From the NCBI RefSeq assembly GCF_006345805.1, contig NC_043006.1:17360001-17424000 (forward strand): a stretch of DNA of 64,000 bases, in the 5' to 3' direction. The stretch comes from Octopus sinensis (taxonomy: Eukaryota). Position numbers and translations under genes: made by a program. The stretch's first letter is position 1. The number at the start of each line of letters is the position of its first letter. Of this stretch, positions 1 to 12,380 are shown piece after piece. The notes under the pieces were generated by a model, which worked only from the letters and a program-made list of their open reading frames with translations, was not told the origin of the DNA and searched no databases.

Positions 1-16
1 TATTAATTTCAAAGAA

Positions 17-72
17 TTGTGTATATATCTTTGCATGTGTTTGGGTGTGTATGTATGTGTGTATATATATAT

Positions 73-112
<40 letters not shown>

Positions 113-158
113 ATATATATATATTTATGTGTATCTATATATATATATATATTATGTG

Positions 159-203
<45 letters not shown>

Positions 204-204
204 A
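17..204. repeat. Compound (TG)/(TATC)n/(TA)n microsatellite
   Basis: Directly visible simple repeats; they explain the Y/I-rich ORFs. Confidence 0.95.
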
Positions 205-1251
205 ATAAGAAGGGCAAGCAACAGGTTGCTTATCACATACCGAAAAATTAGAAATAGCAGTCAAAGGCCGCTTCTTTCTATTTTCTACAAATATAACTCC
301 ACATATAACATATTTTATATACATAATTTTATATATATATATATATATATTTATATATGTTTATATATATATAAGATTCTTAGAAACTATTCACATGAAT
401 ACATGTACATTCATACGTATATACATACAATTTTTTCTTTATGTCTTCTTATGTTTTGATTAATATAAATACTTGGCTAAACAGGCCACCACATTAAGTG
501 TTGAAATATTGGTTTCGCAGTGCAATATTTGTGTTTAATCTTTGCCACGTTGTACCACACACTTATTGAATAAGATTCTCATTACACACCTTGCTTCTAA
601 CTATCTGGAAAACCAGGTATCTTATCTATCTATTTATCTATCTAGCCATCCATCCACACACACACACACACACACATGTACACATGTTCTCTTTCATACA
701 GACTTATAAATACATGCACAAACTCACACACATGTGTATATATAATGTGTGTGTTATGTTAGTGTACTTCAATGACGGCATACAGATGAACTGAGAGTAA
801 GATTAAATAGAAGAAAAATTAGACGTAGGGAGCAAGAGACTACAGAAGAGAAGGGATTTATTGTGTAGGGGATAGGGCCAGTGACTGTATAAAGAATTGC
901 AAAGCACTTACTTTGGGTAGAACTTGTGGAAAAGGGAGACCAAGGAAAACAAGGGATGAAATGGTAAAGGTTGATCTGAAGATGCTGCACTTTACAAAAG
1001 AGATAGCAGCCGATTGTGTTGATTGGTGGAGTGTGGTGCTGGAGAAGATTGAACTACCTGTGTAAGCATGGTGAAAACAGACATTAAAATGGAAATAGTG
1101 ATAGAGACTAGAATGCTTTATTTTTATATATATCTGCCTACTTTTTTCTGTTGAGGGCTTATATGCCCCATTATTAGAGTATTTTCCTTAGTCATTGCAC
1201 AGTGATTGCTATAAGCTTTAAGCTGATATAAATACCATTATTATTATTTAC

Positions 1252-1283
<32 letters not shown>

Positions 1284-1602
1284 ATACACACACACACACA
1301 CACATATCTTTCTCCTATTTAAAACCAAATTTGCTATCCCTCCTGCTTGTTCTCTTCCCCAACACTCCTATTCACTGTATGATGCTGGCCATGAAATGAG
1401 GAGTACTGTTAGATCTGTTCATATTCAATCTCCCATATACAACCATCTATGTATCATTTACTCTTTTCTCTCTGTCCGATTACAATGTCCGAGAATGGAA
1501 ATTATGTCAGTTCTGTTGGTCTTCAATTCACCCCTTTAATATTTATTTTCCTGTAGTGCCAACTATTACTCCCTCTTCCCCAGTTATTACAGACCATCCA
1601 AG

Positions 1603-1790
1603 TGAAGGCATATGGCTTAGTGGTTAAGTGTATTCAGCCCACAGTCATAAGGTCATGAGATCAATTCCTGGTGTCACATTGCGTCCTTGAGCAAGACACT
1701 TTATTTTCATGTTGCTCCACTCCACTCAGCTGGCAAAAATGAGTAGTATCTGTATCTCAAAAGGTCGGTCTCGTCACATTCTGTGCTATG
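1603..1790 (+). mobile_element. Degenerate tRNA-headed SINE, family C-like 5' half
   Basis: gaaggcatatggcttagtggttaag head followed by ccttgagcaagacactttatttt...ccactcagctggcaaaaatgagtag core, shared with 23519 and 45187. Confidence 0.75.
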
Positions 1791-2940
1791 ATAAAATTCA
1801 CCCAATAAACTCTGTGAAATTGTTCGTATTAGGAAAGGCATCAAAGCACTGAAACCATGTGAAAATTTAAATGTATGAAAGAAACGTGGTTTTCTAATTC
1901 ATCTAAGAAGGCAGTAACTTCAAATAAAAACTGACTCTGGGTATTTCAACCTGCTATAAAAACAACATTTACTAATAAAGAATTCAATACTTTTAGTAAA
2001 GACAACTTTATTCTAACGTATTAATTCCTTTCACCTTCAAATAGTTTTCTTTTTTTTTCACTTCTATAACTTCATAATTCAACAATCCTAACATTAACAT
2101 GTTTATATACCCATGCACATAAAAATACATGCATGTATACACATATGTAGATGTTGACACTCCCTTCTAACTTTATGAGATATTCCACTTGTATTAACAT
2201 ATTTTCGCTGTACAACCATATGAGACAAAATTAGCACATATTTATTCATATGCATTCATGCATGAATATGTTTCTTAAGAAGTAGCAACTTGTTGAACTT
2301 AATCATTATAGAGATTCACTTACCAATATTCTGTTGGCCAAAGAAGATAACGTTCTTGTCAAAGAAGTGTACATAATTGGATAGACATTTTATAAGAATT
2401 ATAAGCTTTGAAAGAATTAGTTTTTATCTTATCTTCATCTTGGAGCTAATATCATCTAATTTGATGTCTCTCGTATCGGTGGGGGAGATTCCTATGATAC
2501 AAACTCTGTTCTTTCTTATTAGAATTTGTTAAACAAATACCAGTAATATAGTCAGTTTATTTGTTGAACTAATATTTCATGTATAGTCATGACTACCCTG
2601 ATTGTTTTCCACTTAAATTTGTCACTCACATATACTCAAATGCGTGCGCGCACACACACACGCATGCACGCGCACACACAATATTTTTCAGATATATTTG
2701 CAAGTATTGTGAGTGGTGTTAAATCAGGCAAATCTTCATGTTGGTAGTACTTGAAAGCGAATGTTGTTGTGTGTTTGAAGTCCAGCCGCAAGTAAAGTTT
2801 CAATATCCATGCAGTGGTTTGAACCCAAAACCATGTGGTTGGGAAGTAGACTTCTAAACTACACAGCTATGCCTTCATATGTGAAACAAAATGTGAGCCA
2901 GTAAACGCAGTTGGCTATATTTTTTTATTTTTTTTTTTTT

Positions 2941-3330
2941 ATTTGTTTCAGTCATTGACTGCGGCCATGCTGGAGCACCGCCTTTAGTCGAGCAAATCGA
3001 CCCCGGGACTTATTCTTTGTAAGCCCAGTACTTATTCTATCGGTCTCTTTTGCCGAACCGCTAAGTGACGGGGACATAAACACACCAGCATCGGTTGTCA
3101 AGCAATGCTAGGGGGACAAACACAGACACACAAACACACACATACATATATATATACATATATACGACAGGCTTCTTTCAGTTTCCGTCTACCAAATCCA
3201 CTCACAAGGCATTGGTCGGCCCGGGGCTATAGCAGAAGACACTTGCCCAAGATGCCACGCAGTGGGACTGAACCCGGAACCATGTGGTTGGTTAGCAAGC
3301 TACTTACCACACAGCCACTGCTGCGCCTAT
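2941..3330 (-). mobile_element. tRNA-derived SINE family A, full length
   Basis: Reverse complement of ggcgcag..gtggctgtgtggtaagtagcttgc head, ccttgggcaagtgtcttc CORE-like box, central microsatellite and gactgaaacaa tail; many copies in the window. Confidence 0.9.
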
Positions 3331-3652
3331 ATTAAGTAATTTTGTTGTTATAATTTGAGATGATAAGTTTATAAAAGTGCATTAAAACGTGCTAAATATC
3401 TTGTAACACAATAAATAACATGATAAATGGTAAAATAAATAAATGAAAAGAAAAGGAAATGGAGAACAAGATTCGTTCAATAAATTGAATGCATATGTCT
3501 CACAGCATTGGAAGAAAATTTTAAATTAACAGCAATTGAAGGGATGATGATTAAAAAGTAGCAGCAGAACCATAGATGAGAAACATGAATTTAGTAAGGA
3601 TTCTTTTAGATTTCTTTGTAGTAATTTCAAACTCACTGGAAAGATTCTGCAA

Positions 3653-3683
<31 letters not shown>

Positions 3684-3834
3684 AATTAATAAAAAAAAAA
3701 AGATAAATAAATAAAGAGTTAAAATGAGGTAAGTTGTGAGGTGTGAGGGAGTAGGGAACATAAAGGTAGTCTAATTGCTAACTCTGCTGTTAATATTTAC
3801 CTTCAGATCTGAAGTTATTCAAAACAGGAAATGG

Positions 3835-4025
3835 ATCGCTACCACCATCATTGTCATCATCATCATCATAATACCACCACCACCACCACCACTACTACTA
3901 CTACCATCATCATCACCATTGACATCACCATTGACATTTTCCCCACTGTCATCATCATCACCCCTCCTCCTCTTCCTCCCTATCATCATCTTTACCATCA
4001 TCATTATCATCATCACCATCATCAT
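3835..4025. repeat. (CAT/CAC/TAC)n trinucleotide low-complexity repeat
   Basis: Visible repeats; source of the poly-H/T/I ORFs. Confidence 0.9.
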
Positions 4026-4589
4026 TTAATGTTTCTCTTCCATGGTGACTCCAATTGTACTGTTTGACAGGATCCATCAAGTCAGAGGATTGTGTCATGC
4101 TCCATTGCTTATTTTCTATGTGTAGTTTCTATGGCTGGATGCCCATCCCAGCACCAAACCCTTTACAAAGAGTACTGAATGTTTCTACCATGGTACCTGT
4201 GCAAGTAAGGGTACCATGTTACTGTGTATCTATACAAGAGTACAGATCCTCCTCAACATGTAGGAGTCTAGAGGGAAGTGGCTTTATGTTAGGCATTGAG
4301 CAATTGAAATATGAAAGAAGGAACAGGTTTCTTGCTGCAAAGGGTTACATTGATGGGATGGGGTAAGCTAGAAAAGGAGATAAAGATGGTGGTCATGAAG
4401 TGTTAGGGTATATGCTGAAGGTACAGAAAGGTGAATAGAAGAGAGACCGGGGACAGAAGATCAAGGAGAGTGAAGGGGGAGAAGAGGTGGTAAGAGTGTG
4501 TGGAGGGTGTGAGAGATGGTTAGAGATGATGGGTTGTGATGAATGGTGAACAAGGGTGGAAACGTGACTGGTAGTAAATATGGGTGATG

Positions 4590-5170
4590 AAAAGGTGGTC
4601 TCTTACTGCTGAAACTATGCATCTGAATGAATTTCTAAGGTCTGTGAGTTTTGGTTCCAGAAAGTTCCATAGCATCTCCACACTGATTGGATGTTACTGT
4701 AACTGCTGCCCCTCTTCCTTAAGAGAGTGAAGGCCAAATTCACCAAAATTTGCAAAAATGCACCATGCAATAACAAATTCACTGTGAATAGCTATTTAGG
4801 GTTATTTACCGGCCCAGTAGCAGAAATTCTGTTTATTGATGTAGCCTGACAGATTGAAGTTGGCTTCATTGCTTGTGAAAATATTGAGCATTATAAAGTA
4901 TGTGCTCATGGCATGCCATACAGTTTTTCTGGTCATGTTCCTCAATAACCATCATTTTATACAGATGAAATTTTGAGACCAGTGCATAAAATTCTCCTGG
5001 CAGTTCAACCAGACAAAGCAGAAACATGTTTTGGAGCTGTTTTGCAGCTTGGGTTGGGTATTTCTGGAGTTTGAACACTCCGAAATCTTCCAGATGGTTT
5101 TCTTTTAAGAGCTGAATCTGTAACATAGGGATTCTCAGTCCGTGGAACAGCATAATTTTGAATAAGCTCA
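4590..5170 (-). mobile_element. Decayed Tc1/mariner-superfamily transposase, most like the rosa/DD41D (DUF4817-type) group
   Basis: Minus-strand frames joined across frameshifts and stops give LKRKPSGRFRSVQTPE, ARRIL..LKFHLYKMMVIEE, FTSNEANFNLSGYINKQNFCYW, AVTVTS..VEMLWNFLEPKL and FQQ. These match recalled motifs GRPRSVRTPE, FSDEAHFHLSGYVNKQN.RYW and WFQQDG. The third catalytic residue is absent, so DD spacing cannot be verified. Confidence 0.8.
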
Positions 5171-5363
5171 AAGCATATTTGAGAAGCTTGCAATCATAGA
5201 TTCTTTATATGTATATATTTTTCCTTCAGTTCTATATTTAAGAGCTGAGGGATTATGTACATTATTTGTCCTCATTTTGTCTGTTGTTAACTCAACAATT
5301 CGGCTGATATACCCTCCAGCCTTCATCAGGTGTCTTGGGGAAATTTCAAACCTGGGTTCTCAT

Positions 5364-5430
5364 ATGGCATAATGGTTAAGAGTGCGGGCTACTAACCCCA
5401 AGGTTCCGAGTTCGATTCCAGGCAGGGACC
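5364..5430 (+). promoter_or_regulatory. tRNA-like internal Pol III promoter (A box and B box); a SINE head rather than a true tRNA
   Basis: A box TGGCATAATGG, B box GTTCGATTCC, anticodon-like arm gggct-actaa-cccc; no convincing acceptor stem. Confidence 0.75.
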
Positions 5431-5515
5431 TGAAGAACAATAATAAAATAATAACAATAACAACAACATTGAAAAATACCTTAGGAATGAGAACCCAGGT
5501 TCGAAATTTCCCCAA

Positions 5516-5561
5516 GACACCTGATGAAGGCTGGAGGGTATATCAGCCGAAACATTGTGTT
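5516..5561 (+). ncRNA. Minimal type I hammerhead ribozyme motif (PLE type)
   Basis: Stem I gacac/gtgtt, core CTGATGA plus one extra A, stem II ggctg/cagcc, then GAA-ACAT-T. The stem III palindrome is probably ACGT decayed by CpG loss (inference). Confidence 0.65.
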
Positions 5562-7917
5562 AACAATAAACAAGATGAGGACAAATATCCGTCAATTGTA
5601 AATAATGTATATTTTTCTTTGAACAGGAAATGCATAGTGTGCACTGGTCCAAGCCATGTTAGTAACTGGAAAAAAAAAAAGTAAACCATCAGCTTCATGA
5701 AGAGTGCTATCAGCACCCTAACCTCACTAGTGCTGTGCCAATAATCATTGTCATCATCACCATCATCATCATCATCATCATTTAAAGTCAGTTTTCTATG
5801 CTGGCATGGATTGAACAGTTTGACAGGATCTGGCAAGCTGGAGACCTGCACCAGGCCCAGTTGTCTGTTTTGGCAAGGTTTCTATAGTTGGATAACCTTC
5901 CTGATGCCATTGGCCATATAAAAATATAGGAGGGTTTTTTTTGATGCACACTGTATGTTGGTTTTAGATGTAATGTAATAAATATGTTTAAACGAAGGTA
6001 GGTGTGTAAGGGTAGATGGGTCTATTTCCAACAGTTTGAAACCTTAAGATGTTAAAACTGAGAGTTGATGATAATGCTGTTGTACAAGTTTTAAATGCTT
6101 TTCCATCAATTAATTTATTGAAACTGATGAGATTTGGTTAGATAAGGATGGTATCAACATCTGCAATGTATGTAGGCCTTGCGTCTAGTCATCATTCAAA
6201 AGCCACTTACGCTCAGAAATAGTGATGAATGTCTTTGTAGTTTCAGAGATCTAACTTTTACGTTCATTAATATGATATTTTATGTGTCATTAATGCGATG
6301 TTTTACTTTCCTTTCAAAAAAAAAAAAAACCCACAAAGTATAAAGAACACAAAACTAGTGTATTAATGATATTATGGCCGTTAATCAATAACAGTAACAA
6401 ATTGGTATTAGAATTAACATACATAGAGAGAAATATGTTAGAGAATAATTCTAAGGCTTCATCTAATCAGAAATCTTTCTGGGATGGTTCTACTAATAAA
6501 AAAGAATTACAAGTGATTTGATTAATATGATCAGTCATCTAAAATTGAATTAGCTATTTTCAAAAGCAAATAAAAAAAAAAAAAAAAACAGAAAAAAAAA
6601 TTATTTAATCTTGACAGTACTAACTTTCTCTCTCACTTACTCTAATTTCTTTGCAATTTTCCATAAAATTTCTAATCACTATAAAGAAAATGTTTTGGAT
6701 TAAAGAATTTATTCCATCAATTACTATTTTATGTGTTCCGATTCTAAAATACATATTACTACTTGCTTTTATTTTTATCTGTACAACTGTTACAACTTCA
6801 TATTTATTTCTCTTCTTCACTTAAAAAAAATGACCTTCTTTCAACTCGTAACCAATATACAACTAAGAGGATGAGACAAGACCACTCTCCCATGAAATTT
6901 ATAAAATCCTTCATTTGTCTGTCATTCAAAATAGTAAGCCCCCCTCATATATGAGGCATAACCAAAATTAATGAAAAAGTGGGTACAACTTTTACTTACT
7001 GTTGCTTACTGTTGCATGTCAGTTAAATTCCACATGTTGAAAGAGTAACTCTTCTATACAAACATACCACTCAACATAGTCTCCATCACACATTGTGCAT
7101 TTGCACCTTTATTGAACGCAATTCTCAAATTCTCTTTGAAAAATTTTCAAGTGTGCATTGTAATTACTTCTTCACAGCCACTTTCAGCTCATCTAAATAT
7201 CGTCCTATCATTGTCCCTGAAAAACTGTTCTTCGTTGGACCATTGGGGACCTTTGACCAACTCACTTTGCTGATGGCCTGATTTGTTGCCAAAAATGTGA
7301 TCATTCATAGTCATAGTAATTGTGGATCCTTTTTCAGATACTTGTTTTCTCTCTTCCTCCTAATGACTTCTCTAAGCTTTTTGAATATCTCACTATATAT
7401 TGCTGTTTTCTGTACAGCTATATTCCTGAAAATCAAGAACAATGCTCTTGTTGTCCCCAAAATAGTCACCATGACTTGCTGTTTTGGATCTTGAGCTCCT
7501 TAAATCTTGGTGAAGAGGCATGATACCATTCTTTGGACAGAACCTTCCTCTCTGAATCATACAGATACTCCACATTTCGTATCCTGTTGTGAGATTAAAA
7601 AACAGAAAAAAGAAAAAAAAAAATGGGTGTTCATTAACTTCAATTGCTTCCAGCAGATCAGAGCAGGTTTCCCTTCTCTCCCTCAAATAGGGTATCAACT
7701 CCCAAAGTACCCCCTTTGCACACACTTTCCAATATCCTAATCCTTCCATCATCTTCTGAAATGCATTGTGACCATAGTCTTGTTGTGCAGCAAGCTTGCT
7801 GATTATGACTCACCTACCCACACAAATCAATTTGTTCACTTACTGACAATTGTATCAGTGGTTGCCATTGATGGTCTCCCACTTTATGGTTTGTCTCTGA
7901 TGCTGGTTTTCTCTTCT

Positions 7918-8126
7918 TTAAACTTTTAGCATTCAGATTACTCAGTAAAAGGAAATGCTTATTTATTCACATTGCTTTGAAGTAATCGTATTATCTCACA
8001 GCTTCAGGATTTTGATTACTTGATTGTTTTCTTTTAAAATAACATTTTAGGATAGGTGTGAAAGGCCTGATCTGGCTGGTTCCAACATAAAACAGGATAT
8101 GGCCAGTTTGAATGTTAAAGGGTTAA
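7918..8126. mobile_element. piggyBac-type MITE inserted at TTAA inside the mariner
   Basis: ttaaacttttagcattcag...gaatgttaaagggttaa. Removing it rejoins the mariner frame (KRF|KEEK). A related copy lies at 59709-59913. Confidence 0.8.
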
Positions 8127-8371
8127 ACCTCTTCATCCATCTGTGCACATTACTCTGGTATCATCTTCATAAACGACCTTTAGCTTTTTGTGGATGTTTG
8201 ATTGCCTTTGCTCCACTTCCATCAAGAACTCTATGATAAGATGTACCATGAAAGAAACACTCAGTGCCTCTGTAAAGGGCTCAGTGCCTGGATGGGCATC
8301 CAGCCATAAAAACTATACCATACTTCTAGCAACCCATTACTTGCTTGCAATGAAGAACAATAGGGAGATTT

Positions 8372-8672
8372 TGGCACGTAAAAGAACCATCCGAACATGG
8401 CCGTTGCTAGCGCCGCCCCGACTGGCCTCCATGCCGGTGGCACGTAAAAAGCACCAACTGATCGTGGTTGTTGCCAGCCTTGCCTGGCACCCGTGCCGGT
8501 GGCATGTAATAAGCACCCACTACACTCACAAAGTGGTTGGCGTTAGGAAGGGCATCCAACTGTAGAAACACTGCCAGATCAGACTGGAGCCTGGTGCAGC
8601 CTCCTGGCTTCCCAGACCCTGATCGAACTGTCCAACCTATGCTAGGACGTTATGCGATGAGGATGATGATGA
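8372..8672 (+). mobile_element. Retroposon family B, (GAT)n-tailed
   Basis: Internal gtggcacgtaaaaagcacc subrepeats, ttaggaagggcatccaactgtagaaac and a gatgatgat tail; many copies. Confidence 0.85.
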
Positions 8673-10606
8673 AAAATTACTCAACTAACATGTATGATTT
8701 GAGCAACTTATCTCAACTCACAAAACAAGATATGCCCACTTTTGAATTACTTTCAGTAAACTCTCATAGAATTATCATCAAATATTTTTTCATTTTTGTA
8801 AATTAATTCACATTGCTAAAGCTTGGTGTTTCTCTACATGCTTTTTTTGTCTTCAATAATTGCTGAGAATCTTCAGTCTGTTCAAATACTGATGCCAGCA
8901 ATGGTGAATCTATTATAATTCTCTGCAGGTGAGAGAAGGCGAGATCCTTCAACATTGTCATTCTTGCCTCTCAGATACTTTTTTCAGCCCTAAGTAATAC
9001 TGATGGTTGATTTTTTTCTTTCTTATTTTAAATCACTTTCATGTGAATTTCTATTTATCTCCATTCTTGTTTTTTTCTTTTTGGAACTCCTATACTTACA
9101 GTCTTCTAGAAAGTAAAAGATAAGTCAATAACCTAAAAAAAAATGTCATCATCATCATCATTTACATCGCTAACATCGTTGTATTTGTCATAACCATTAT
9201 CATCGTTATCACTGTCCTCCTCCTCTGCTTCCACCACTGCATCATCATCACCATCATCATCAACTAACATTCATGTTCCATGTTGGCATAGATAAGATGG
9301 TTTGATAAGATCTTAGGGGTCCAAGGACTACATCATGCTCCAGTGTCTGCTTTGGCATGGTATCCTCAGCTGGAGGCCTTTCCTAACACCAACCAATTTA
9401 CAGCATGTACGAAGTGTGTGTTTGTGTGCGTGTGTGTGTTTTGTATCTTTTGTGGCACCAGCACTAACAAGGTTGCCATGTGGCTTGTGAGACTACAATA
9501 CCCTTTGTCCAAGTGGGGGCTGCAATAGAGAACAAGTTGGTTTTCTGCTAGAAAACAAGGGTCTATAGTTTGAGAGAAAAGAACAGGGTTTTTTTTTTCT
9601 TTTGCTGTAGAGGAGCTATATAGCAACCCTTATTATAGAAGAGAGGGTGGAAGTGAATAAGATGAAGATGGAAAAGGATAAAATAATGATGAAGAGGTGT
9701 CGGTGGTGGTAGTAGCGGTGGGGGGCTCAAAGTATAAAGTGAGTAAGAAGTGTATGGGGACAGGAGAGGAAGGAGTGTGGGTGGAAGGAGGTTGTAAGAG
9801 TAATTTGTTATAAAAAGAAAGAAAAGGATTGTTTCAGAAAACCCGATGTTGGTATGTTCTTTGATTATCAATGAAAAAAAGTAATGAAGTGCACGAGGGG
9901 TCAAGGGGTTACACTGCAAATGGATATTGTCATTGATAATTATTTGTGAGGCAGAAGATACTGCCATTTATTAATCCCTTTAATAGCTGTAGACATCTGT
10001 AATTCTTCTTGGATTTCACCATGTGTAACTGACAAAAATGATTATTTGGATCATGTTAACGATATCTGTTCTTTTATGTAGTATGAACGTGGTGAGCATT
10101 AAATCTTTCGTTGTATCAAGTTTAGAATATAAATTTAAATATTTTCTGTAAGATATCCTTTAACTGTCAGACTACAAAGGTAAATATATTGCAAAATGTC
10201 TGCATACCTGTCTTGAGTGTAGAGATTACAGAACAGCTTTGTCTTGTTCTATTTTGCCATGACCGATTCCTGTACTTAAAACCAATAATATGTCATGCTT
10301 CGATCTTAATTGGAAACCATGTTACACAGGTCACGAGAGAAATAAAGCTAAAACAAAATAATTGAATTCACACACATAGATTTATTTTATGTAGAGTTGT
10401 GATGCTCTGTTCCTTTAAATGTCAGATATTGTTGGTACGAGTATAAACCTATCTGATTAGATCGTAGTTCCGATATACCAAACTGTAGAAGTTTGGGTAT
10501 GTTGCATTAACCTTACTGTCTGTTTTGTTTATAAATGGTCACAATAGAAATGGACAAGGTAAACTTGGTTAGTTTCTGAGAATATCAACACCTCAGCTTT
10601 TGCTGT

Positions 10607-11022
10607 TTACTCTCTTTTTACTCTTTTACTTCTTTCAGTCATTTTGACTGTGGCCATGCTGGAGCACCGCCTTTAGTCGAGCAAATCAACCCCAGGACTT
10701 ATTCTTTGTAAGCCTAGTATTTATTCTATCAGTCTCTTTTGCCAAACCGCTAAGTTACGGAGACGTAAACACACCAGCATCGGTTGTCAAGCGATGTTGG
10801 GGGGACAAACATAAACATACACATACACATATATATATATATACACACACATACATACAACGGGCTTCTTTCAGTTTCTGTCTACCAAATCCACTCACAA
10901 GGCTTTGGTCGGCCCAAGGCTATCGTAGAAGACACTTGCCCAAAGTGCCACACAGTGGGACTGAACCCGGAACCATGTGGTTCGTAAGCAAGCTACTTAC
11001 CACACAGCTACTCCTGCGCCTA
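10607..11022 (-). mobile_element. SINE family A, full length
   Basis: Same head, core and tail as the 2941 copy. Confidence 0.9.
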
Positions 11023-11967
11023 CTATATTGTAATTGAGAGGTAACTGAGCACTGAGTTTGGGTTGACTGATGTAATATTTTGAGGTTTAACCTTTTCTTA
11101 ACCATATTCATCACCATTATCATCATCATCACCATCATCATCCTTTAACATCCGGTTTCCATGCTGGCATGGGTTGGACAGTGTGACTGAAATACACAGT
11201 TTGGAGAGATTTAGCTCAAATAACTATAACATCCTCACTTTTTGGAATATAGTAAAAAAAAATTCTTTCAGAATATGATAAAAGCCTTAAACTTTAATCT
11301 AAACATTACAAAGCCTCACTGTGAGTTAAATAAGAATGTAAGTACATTATTCCTATACTACTGATATGCAGAAAAAAGTGGGAGGGAGTCTCCAAATTGA
11401 CTGTTGGCTCCCATGGTCTGTTGGCTGTTCCCAAAAGAAAACAAAGATATAAGCAGCCGCTGTCTTCAACCAACAAAATAAATCAGTTGTTTATATAAAG
11501 TAGTCATGAATTAGACGATCCACTGTGGCAGATAATCTAATTTGTGGTTTTGCTGGCTCACTATTAATTAATCAATACCAATTTATGTACAGTATCGTAT
11601 AAATCAGAAGAACTGAAATAATTTAAAACTTCACTGTGGTTTAACTAAGAATATGAATATAAACACGGAATTTGGGACGGTCTCAGGTGGGTTGGTAGAT
11701 TGTCTAGATTTGATGTGAAACTTAGAGATGTTAGACTCATGTAATGTTCTAGAATGTTATGTCTGAATATCTGATGATTGCTTACTGATCATACAGTATC
11801 AAATGGTTATATGAGATTAATTAAACTGCAACAATGAACAATGGTCTTTATATGTCTAAGCTGTCATTCACTTTCATTAATTTAGATTGATTATGTGGAC
11901 GAATGATCAGCAAGCAGGAGAGGTTTGGGAGTTATCATACTATGGAGGATAATAACTTTTATTATTT

Positions 11968-12380
11968 TAAGGCGGCAAGCTGGCAGAATTGTTACTGAGC
12001 CAGATAAAATGTTTTATAGCATTTCATCCCTCTTTACATTCTGGGTTCAAATTCTGCCAAGATTGGCTTTGCCTTTTATCCTTTTGGGGCCAATGGAATA
12101 AGTAACAGTTGAGTGTTGGGGTTGATGCGATCAACTATATCCCTCTTCCAAAATTCCAGTCCTGAAGTAGAAAGGATTATTTTATTATTATTACAAAAGT
12201 GGTGAATTGGTAGTATTGTTGGTGCATTGGACAAAATGCTTAGCAGCAGTTCTTCCAGCCCCTTATATCCTGAGTTCAAATACCACACAAGGTCAGCTTT
12301 GCCTTCCATCATTTTGGGGTTGACATAACTTACTAATTACGACACTTAAAATCGCTGGCTTTGTGCAAAAATTTGAAACT
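11968..12380 (+). mobile_element. Two degenerate family F-like SINE copies
   Basis: ggcggcaagctggcagaattgtta head and ctgggttcaaattctgcc..ctttgccttt..atccttttgggg, repeated twice. Confidence 0.6.

Larger units (their letters stand above)
5247..5611 (+). mobile_element. Penelope-like inverted-arm element: about 100-bp inverted arms with a hammerhead motif around a tRNA-like Pol III module
   Basis: Arms 5264-5363 and 5487-5586 are reverse complements. The centre holds a tRNA-like sequence. The right arm holds CTGATGA..GAAAC. Confidence 0.75.
6950..8768 (-). mobile_element. Decayed mariner (DD34D-type) element with degenerate TIRs and nested insertions
   Basis: Minus frames give SNVHRWMKRFKEEKTSIRDKP*SGRPS, LGYWKVCAKGVLWELIP, LTTGYEMW (IVTGDETW-like), EWYHASSPR, KLREVIRRKR and DGDYVE. 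Both ends read TA-TGAG...AAA.TAAT..AAAAGTGGG as inverted repeats (6950-6985 and 8735-8768). Confidence 0.8.

Noticed and set aside
5364-5430. Functional tRNA gene
   Set aside because: A and B boxes are present, but there is no proper acceptor stem and the sequence is embedded in a repeat. The heads at 16260-16328, 23519, 24308 and 46080-46150 are likewise SINE heads.
8372-8520. CRISPR-like repeat-spacer pattern (gtggcacgtaaaaagcacc every 55-65 bp; also at 17300, 34190, 57860)
   Set aside because: The spacers resemble each other, the block is internal to a dispersed (GAT)n-tailed retroposon, the DNA is eukaryotic, and there are no cas genes.
9987-10081. Exon-like frame VDICNSSWISPCVTDKNDYLDHVNDICSFM
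   Set aside because: It hits a stop before any good donor, and the cysteine spacing does not fit EGF or another domain I recognise.
10171-10179. 9-nt plus-strand microexon (cag|ACTACAAAG|gtaaat)
   Set aside because: The signals are moderate and such matches are expected by chance in AT-rich DNA; there is no independent support.
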